Source: Candidatus Omnitrophota bacterium (GTDB lineage: Bacteria; Omnitrophota; Gorgyraeia; JACQQV01). From it: a stretch of 59,924 bases of DNA. Location: positions 1 to 59,924 of the forward strand of contig JACQQV010000005.1 of assembly GCA_016206785.1 (NCBI GenBank). The letters run 5' to 3'. The notes beneath the pieces are model-generated. The model saw only the letters and a program-made list of their open reading frames with translations, was not told the origin of the DNA and searched no databases. The position numbers and the translations under genes are program-made. Below are positions 54,640-59,924 of the stretch, piece by piece; within the stretch, counting starts at the first letter, position 1, and each line of letters opens with the position of its first letter.

Positions 54640-56852
54640 TAAGCAACCTCTTCTCCTTCCTTCGGTTTTTCTTTAGAAGTCGGGAGTTGACTGGAGGTAA
54701 AGGTGCACTGGGGGTAACGGCTGCAGCCGTAGAAGAAGCGCCCTTTCTTTGAGCGTCGGGCCACCAATTCCCCGCCGCAACCGGGCGAAGGACAGGCAAC
54801 GCCTGTCGTGATGGAACGGGCGTTCTTGCACTCCGGGAAACCAGAACAGCTTAAGAATTTTCCGGACCTTCCCCATTTGATGACCATCGGCCGACCGCAC
54901 TTCTCACATTTCTCTTCTGTCTCGACAACCTCCCGCTTGATCACGACCTTGGCCTCGGAGAGCCTCTCTGCAAAGGGACCATAGAACTCTTTCAAGACCT
55001 CCACCCACTCCGACCGCCCTTCCTCAATACCATCCAATTCTTCCTCCATGGTCGCGGTGAATTGGATATCAAGGATCTTCGGAAAATTTTCGATGAGAAG
55101 TTTTGTCACCAGATTTCCCAATTCGGTGGGGACAAGACTCCCCTTTTCCCGACGGACGTAATCCCGCTGAATGATTGTCTGGAGCGTCGGCGCATAGGTA
55201 CTGGGCCGTCCGATGCCAAGCTCCTCAAGCGCCTTTACAAGAGACCCCTCGGTATACCGAGGGGGCGGTTTCGTAAAATGCTGGCTCGGGAGAAATTCAT
55301 GAAAGGTCAAAGGCTGACCCACTAAAAGTTCCGGAAGGAGTCTCTCTTTGACTTCTTCCTCCTCTTCGGTCGCGTAGACGGAGAGAAATCCAGGGAAAAG
55401 ACACGACTGGTGCGATGCGCGGAAGAGGGCTACTCCGCAGGCAATATCGACGGAGACGACCAAAAAGTTTGCCTTTTCCATCTGGCTTGCGACAAAACGA
55501 CAATAAATGAGGCGATACAGTTTGTACTGATCTTGCGTCAAATAGGGTTTGATTCCATCCGGTTCTCTAAAGACAGAGGTCGGGCGGATTGCTTCATGGG
55601 CCTCCTGCGCGGTTTTTTTGGAGACATACCGATGGGGTGTCTTTGGAAGATATTCTTTTCCGAATTTTTTTCCGATAAACTCTCTCACCTGGGAAATGGC
55701 GGTGTCACTCACCCGCACCGAATCGGTCCGCATGTAGGTGATGAGTCCTACAGGTCCTTCTTTCCCCACCTCGAGCCCTTCGTAGAGCTGCTGGGCAAGA
55801 CGCATCGTTTTTGCGGCCGAGAAATGGAGTTTGTTAAAAGCATCCTGCTGGAGTTTGCTCGTTGTGAAAGGGGCGGGAGGGGATTTTTTCTTTTCACTTT
55901 TCCGGATCTCCTGGACGATGAAAGGGGATCCTTCAAGTTTCTTCGTGACCGCTTCCACTGCTTCCTTATTCCCCAATTCCGCTTTTTCACCATCCAGCTT
56001 TTCGAGTTTTGCAAGAAAATGCTTCTTCGGTTCTTTTTGTGGAGAAAGGTTCGCTTCCAGTTCCCAATATTCCTTGGGGGTAAATCCCTGAATTTCTTTC
56101 TCCCGATCGACGACCAGACGGACAGCGACCGACTGCACGCGGCCGGCGCTCAAGCCCTTCCCCACCTTTTTCCAGAGAAGGGGGCTTAAACTGTATCCGA
56201 CGATACGATCGAGAATCCGACGGGCCTGCTGGGCATTCACCTTCTTAAGGTCGATGTCGGTTGGATGTTTGAAGGCCTCCAAGACCGCCTCGTGGGTGAT
56301 TTCATGAAACACAACCCGATGAATGTTTTGATGATTTCCCAAATAATTTTTGAGGTGCCAGGAGATCGCCTCCCCTTCCCGGTCAGGATCCGGGGCAAGA
56401 TAGATGGCGTCCATCCCTTTGGCCTCTTTTTTGAGATTGTTGAGCAGTTTTTTCTTTCCCTTGATCACCACGTACGTCGGTTCGAAATTTTTTTCGACAT
56501 CGACTCCCATGGCACTGGTCGGGAGGTCAATCACATGACCCATGGAGGGTAAAACGACGTAACGATCTCCAAGAATCTGGTGAATCGTTTTCGATTTGGC
56601 AGGAGATTCCACAATCACCAATGACTTTGTCGCTCCTCCACCGACAAAATGGATGATTTCCACAACGTCCCTTTCTTTAAGTGCTCTCTCGGCATAACAT
56701 TCTCTGGGAAGGATCGTTTCATTCACCTCGACAACCACCCTTCGAGGATTAATCTTAAGCTCCGTGAGAAGTGAGGCCACGGAAGTTCCCCTCGGAATTC
56801 TCCTCCGTTCCCCATTGACCTTTATTTCAAGACCGACCAGAGTCTCTTTCAT
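54639..56852 (-). CDS. topA: DNA topoisomerase I with an N-terminal ThiS-like ubiquitin-fold domain
   Basis: aa 1-73 are ThiS-like, ending FVGGG. Then LVIVESPAK, DPDREGEAI, SAGRVQS, ITYMRTDS, GIGRPST and C-terminal Zn ribbons. Confidence 0.95.
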   Translation of the reverse strand: MKETLVGLEIKVNGERRRIPRGTSVASLLTELKINPRRVVVEVNETILPRECYAERALKERDVVEIIHFVGGGATKSLVIVESPAKSKTIHQILGDRYVVLPSMGHVIDLPTSAMGVDVEKNFEPTYVVIKGKKKLLNNLKKEAKGMDAIYLAPDPDREGEAISWHLKNYLGNHQNIHRVVFHEITHEAVLEAFKHPTDIDLKKVNAQQARRILDRIVGYSLSPLLWKKVGKGLSAGRVQSVAVRLVVDREKEIQGFTPKEYWELEANLSPQKEPKKHFLAKLEKLDGEKAELGNKEAVEAVTKKLEGSPFIVQEIRKSEKKKSPPAPFTTSKLQQDAFNKLHFSAAKTMRLAQQLYEGLEVGKEGPVGLITYMRTDSVRVSDTAISQVREFIGKKFGKEYLPKTPHRYVSKKTAQEAHEAIRPTSVFREPDGIKPYLTQDQYKLYRLIYCRFVASQMEKANFLVVSVDIACGVALFRASHQSCLFPGFLSVYATEEEEEVKERLLPELLVGQPLTFHEFLPSQHFTKPPPRYTEGSLVKALEELGIGRPSTYAPTLQTIIQRDYVRREKGSLVPTELGNLVTKLLIENFPKILDIQFTATMEEELDGIEEGRSEWVEVLKEFYGPFAERLSEAKVVIKREVVETEEKCEKCGRPMVIKWGRSGKFLSCSGFPECKNARSITTGVACPSPGCGGELVARRSKKGRFFYGCSRYPQCTFTSSQLPTSKEKPKEGEEVA

Positions 56853-57940
56853 ACCCGTGTGTACCGTTTTCCAGGATGTTCCTTGACCAACTTCTTCACT
56901 TCCAGTTGAACAAGGGTCGAGAGGGTTTCCTGGGCAGAAAGGCGGGTCTCCTCGACAATCGTATCAATCGATTTGGGAGAATCGGTGAGATGTTCATAGA
57001 TCACCTCTTCTCCCCCCGCAAGCGTTGGAGCAACACCTCTGGCGGAAGGGTGCTTCGCCACACCTTCTGCGATGGGAATCTTGAGCTCCTCAAGGATGTC
57101 AGTCACCTCTTGTACCAGTTTGGCCCCCTGCTGAATCAGACGGTGAGTTCCTCGAGAAAGAGATGAATCGATCCGGCCCGGAATCGCAAAGACCTCTCGG
57201 CCCTGCTCCATGGCAAAATCTGCGGTAATCAAAGCGCCGCTCCTTTCATCCGCTTCTACCACAAGGACGCCTAAGGAAAGACCGCTGATCACACGATTCC
57301 GGCGGGGAAAATTTTCAGGGAGTGCAGGATAGGTCATCGGAAATTCACTCACGAGGGCTCCCGAAAGAGACACCTCTTTTGCAAGGGTTTTGTTTTCCGA
57401 CGGATAAATCTCCAAGAGGCCGCTCCCGAACACAGCCACGGTCCTCCCCTTTGCGAGAAGCGCCCCTCGGTGCGAGGCGGTATCGATCCCTCTTGCAAAT
57501 CCTGAAACGATGGTGAACCCATACCCAGCAAGTTCCCGCGAAATTCTTTCCGCCGTCTCTAACCCATAAGGAGAAGCCCTTCTTGAGCCCACGATGGATA
57601 AACAGAGGGTACCCTCCGATGGAAGTTCACCCTTTACATAGAGGAGGACCGGGGCATCATGGATCTCTCTGAGCGACTTCGGATACATCTCGTCCAAAAG
57701 GGTCACCATCATTACCCCTTCCTTCTCGGCAGACGCCAGCTCGTTTTGAAAATCGCTTTTTCTCGGTGCATCCAGAATGGATTGGGCGAGTTGCTCTGAG
57801 AGACCGAATTCCCTAAGAACTGCCGCAGAAGCCCCAAACAGATCTTGAGGAGAGGAAAAATGGGAAAGAAGGGTGTGCAATCGGATCGTCCCCAGTCCCT
57901 TCACACCATTTAAAATCAGAAGCGCTTCACGCCCGTCCAC
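56849..57940 (-). CDS. dprA: DNA-processing protein DprA
   Basis: IVGSR, VSGFARGID, FPRRNRVISG, SGALITA. Confidence 0.96.
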   Translation of the reverse strand: MDGREALLILNGVKGLGTIRLHTLLSHFSSPQDLFGASAAVLREFGLSEQLAQSILDAPRKSDFQNELASAEKEGVMMVTLLDEMYPKSLREIHDAPVLLYVKGELPSEGTLCLSIVGSRRASPYGLETAERISRELAGYGFTIVSGFARGIDTASHRGALLAKGRTVAVFGSGLLEIYPSENKTLAKEVSLSGALVSEFPMTYPALPENFPRRNRVISGLSLGVLVVEADERSGALITADFAMEQGREVFAIPGRIDSSLSRGTHRLIQQGAKLVQEVTDILEELKIPIAEGVAKHPSARGVAPTLAGGEEVIYEHLTDSPKSIDTIVEETRLSAQETLSTLVQLEVKKLVKEHPGKRYTRV

Positions 57941-58448
57941 GGTCTTTCCCTTCTAAAAACGTGCAGATCTTCGCGACAACCTCATGGACACTCAACTCGC
58001 TCGTATCGACGTTAAAATCGGCCTGCGCGTAAAAGGCTTCCCTTTCCTTTAAGAGACGGCTGATCGCCTCCTTCGGATCGTCGACATTGAGAAGCGGCCG
58101 ATGACGATGACCCTTTACCCGTTCGTAAATGACAGAGGGGCTCGCCGAAAGAGAGACGACAGGACCCTTTTTCTTCAGATTTTTAACGTTCTCTTCTTTG
58201 AGAACCACTCCGCCACCGCAGTCGATCACCACATTTTCCATCTCCGAGGCCTTCTTCACCATTTCGGATTCGACCTTTCGGAAATAGGGTTCTCCCTTTT
58301 CCTTGAAAATATCATGAATACTCTTATCTTCCTTCATCACGATAAGATCATCGGTTGATACGTACGATTTGTGAAGTTTCTCTGTGAGAGCGAGCGCCAC
58401 AACACTCTTTCCGGTCCCCATGAATCCCACTATGGCAACATTTCCCAT
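57927..58448 (-). CDS. aroK: Shikimate kinase
   Basis: GFMGTGKS, GEPYFR, GGG, RPLL. Confidence 0.95.
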   Translation of the reverse strand: MGNVAIVGFMGTGKSVVALALTEKLHKSYVSTDDLIVMKEDKSIHDIFKEKGEPYFRKVESEMVKKASEMENVVIDCGGGVVLKEENVKNLKKKGPVVSLSASPSVIYERVKGHRHRPLLNVDDPKEAISRLLKEREAFYAQADFNVDTSELSVHEVVAKICTFLEGKDRGRA

Positions 58449-58453
58449 TTTTC

Positions 58454-58488
58454 CCTACCTTGTACTTTTTACTTTATACTTTGTACTA
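58454..58488. repeat. Five-unit 7-bp tandem array overlapping the aroC stop
   Basis: TAC at 58456,63,70,77,84. Confidence 0.75.
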
Positions 58489-59610
58489 AAATTCTCTAAC
58501 CTGTTTCAGGTATCCTTCATAGTTGCGTTTAATTTCGGTTATGGAATCACCGCCGAATTTTTCGCGGAAGCAGTCGGCGATTTCAAAGGCAACGACCGCT
58601 TCCCCGATCACCCCTGCCGCTGGCACCGTGCAGACATCGGACCGTTCAATCGTCGCCTTGACCGGCTGTTTCGTGAGAATATCCACGGAAGGAAGGGGAT
58701 TTAAGAGCGTTGAAATCGGCTTCATGTAGGCTCTCACAATAATCGGTTCCCCACTCGACATCCCTCCTTCGATCCCTCCAGAACGATTACTTCCCCGGTA
58801 AAATCCTTTTTTGGGATCGTGATAGATGGCATCGTGAACTTCGGAGCCCCGCTTCCGGGACCCTGCCACCCCATCCCCAATCTCCACCGCCTTCATCGCC
58901 TGAATCGAAAGGATCGCCCGAGCAAGCCGACCATCCAGTTTCCGATCATAATGAACGAAACTCCCAAGCCCTACAGGGATGCCGATGGCCATCACCTCAA
59001 AAACGCCGCCAAGGGTGTCTTTCCCCTCTTTCGCTTTCGTGATCTCTTCGATCATCCGTTTGCTCGCCTCTTTGTCCGCGCATCGCACCTCGGAGGCTTC
59101 CGCATTTTTCCGGATTTCCTCAAAAGAGAGCCTTTCGGTATTTGCTTCAACATTCCCTATGCGAAGGACGTGACTGATGAAGTCAATCCCAAATTCCTTC
59201 AAAAAAATTTTGCAAAGCGCACCGACCGCGACCCGCGCAGCGGTCTCCCGGGCGCTCGCCCGTTCTAACACATTCCGGATATCGGTGTGGGCATACTTCA
59301 GCGCCCCTGTCAAATCCGCATGCCCCGGCCGCGGCTGGGTCACTTTCGGAAGTTCATTGATTTTGAAATCCTTGTTCTGAATCATGAGCGCAATGGGGCT
59401 GCCCATCGTGAAACCGTCCTTTACGCCGGAAAGGATTTCCACTCGGTCCTGCTCGATCTGCATCCGCCCCCCACGGCCAAACCCCATCTGCCGACGGGAA
59501 AGCTCTGCATTGACGACCGCCCCATCCACTTTGAGCCCGGCCGGCATCCCTTCCACCGTCGCCACAAGACACTTCCCATGACTTTCCCCACTCGTCAGAT
59601 ACCGTAACAT
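58486..59610 (-). CDS. aroC: Chorismate synthase
   Basis: TSGESHG, PRPGHAD, ERASARETA, GGIEGGMS, MKPISTL. Confidence 0.98.
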   Translation of the reverse strand: MLRYLTSGESHGKCLVATVEGMPAGLKVDGAVVNAELSRRQMGFGRGGRMQIEQDRVEILSGVKDGFTMGSPIALMIQNKDFKINELPKVTQPRPGHADLTGALKYAHTDIRNVLERASARETAARVAVGALCKIFLKEFGIDFISHVLRIGNVEANTERLSFEEIRKNAEASEVRCADKEASKRMIEEITKAKEGKDTLGGVFEVMAIGIPVGLGSFVHYDRKLDGRLARAILSIQAMKAVEIGDGVAGSRKRGSEVHDAIYHDPKKGFYRGSNRSGGIEGGMSSGEPIIVRAYMKPISTLLNPLPSVDILTKQPVKATIERSDVCTVPAAGVIGEAVVAFEIADCFREKFGGDSITEIKRNYEGYLKQVREF

Positions 59611-59628
59611 GTCACACCTCGATCAATG

Positions 59629-59757
59629 AAAGTTCCAATAACCAAATTACAAACACCAAACAAATTCCAAGTTTTCAATAACCAAACCCATGTTTGATTA
59701 TTGGAATTTGGTTCATTGGTGATTGTTTGGTTATTGAGATTTGGTGATTGGTGATTT
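59629..59757. repeat. 7-bp-periodic imperfect palindrome (CAA/TTG type), copy 3
   Basis: CAA at 59636,43,50,57,68,76,83; TTG at 59694,701,708,716,727,734,741,748. Confidence 0.9.
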
Positions 59758-59766
59758 CGTAATCTC

Positions 59767-59924
59767 CTATCGTATAAAGCCCAGATAGGCTAAAATGCGG
59801 TCTCCCCAGAAAAGGGCCACGATACTTCCCAAAGAAAGGAAAGGACCGTAAGGAATGACTTCGGCTCCTCTCCTGATTTTAAGGATAATCCCGACCACCG
59901 ATCCGAAAAAAGGAGCGATGAAGA
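59767..59924 (-). CDS. pilD: Prepilin peptidase, C-terminal fragment (5' part outside the window)
   Basis: Hand translation: FIAPFFGSVVGII...VIPYGPFLSLG...FIR*. Confidence 0.82.
   Translation of the reverse strand, partial: FIAPFFGSVVGIILKIRRGAEVIPYGPFLSLGSIVALFWGDRILAYLGFIR

Overview
This is a bacterial housekeeping region with every real gene on the minus strand, co-directional with a 16S rRNA gene at the left edge. The 16S signatures point to the PVC superphylum. The 'TYYPAP' surface proteins and the LpxL-ELM1 fusion suggest Candidatus Omnitrophota (inference). In transcription order (right to left): pilD (partial), aroC, aroK, dprA, topA, xerC; an LPS block (waaA, lpxK, LpxL-ELM1, GT4-GT9, three GT9 enzymes, DUF3108, hldE kinase, kdsB, pyrG, kdsA, kdsD, an embedded PilB/GspE ATPase, kdsC); two paralogous fibre-like secreted proteins; lpxL, lptC/A, lptB, tig, clpP, aminotransferase, serA, purA, membrane PPase, OmpA lipoprotein; uppS, cdsA, dxr, rseP, ispG, proS, nusA, infB, trpS, scpAB, pheA, hisC, aroF, tyrA, plsC, rpsA, tyrS; and the rRNA promoter and 16S. 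Five things stand out. (1) A complete ubiquitin-like ThiS domain with its diglycine motif is fused in frame to the N-terminus of topoisomerase I. (2) ProRS is fused in frame to RimP. (3) A dispersed family of 7-bp-periodic palindromes shares a 7-7-7-11 architecture, and some arrays encode signal peptides or stop codons. (4) Two tandem adhesin-like genes share a 147-bp near-identical 5' block and have unrelated variable tips. (5) A cluster of REP-like hairpins sits in the LPS operon. All gene calls come from motif recognition; no database searches were run.
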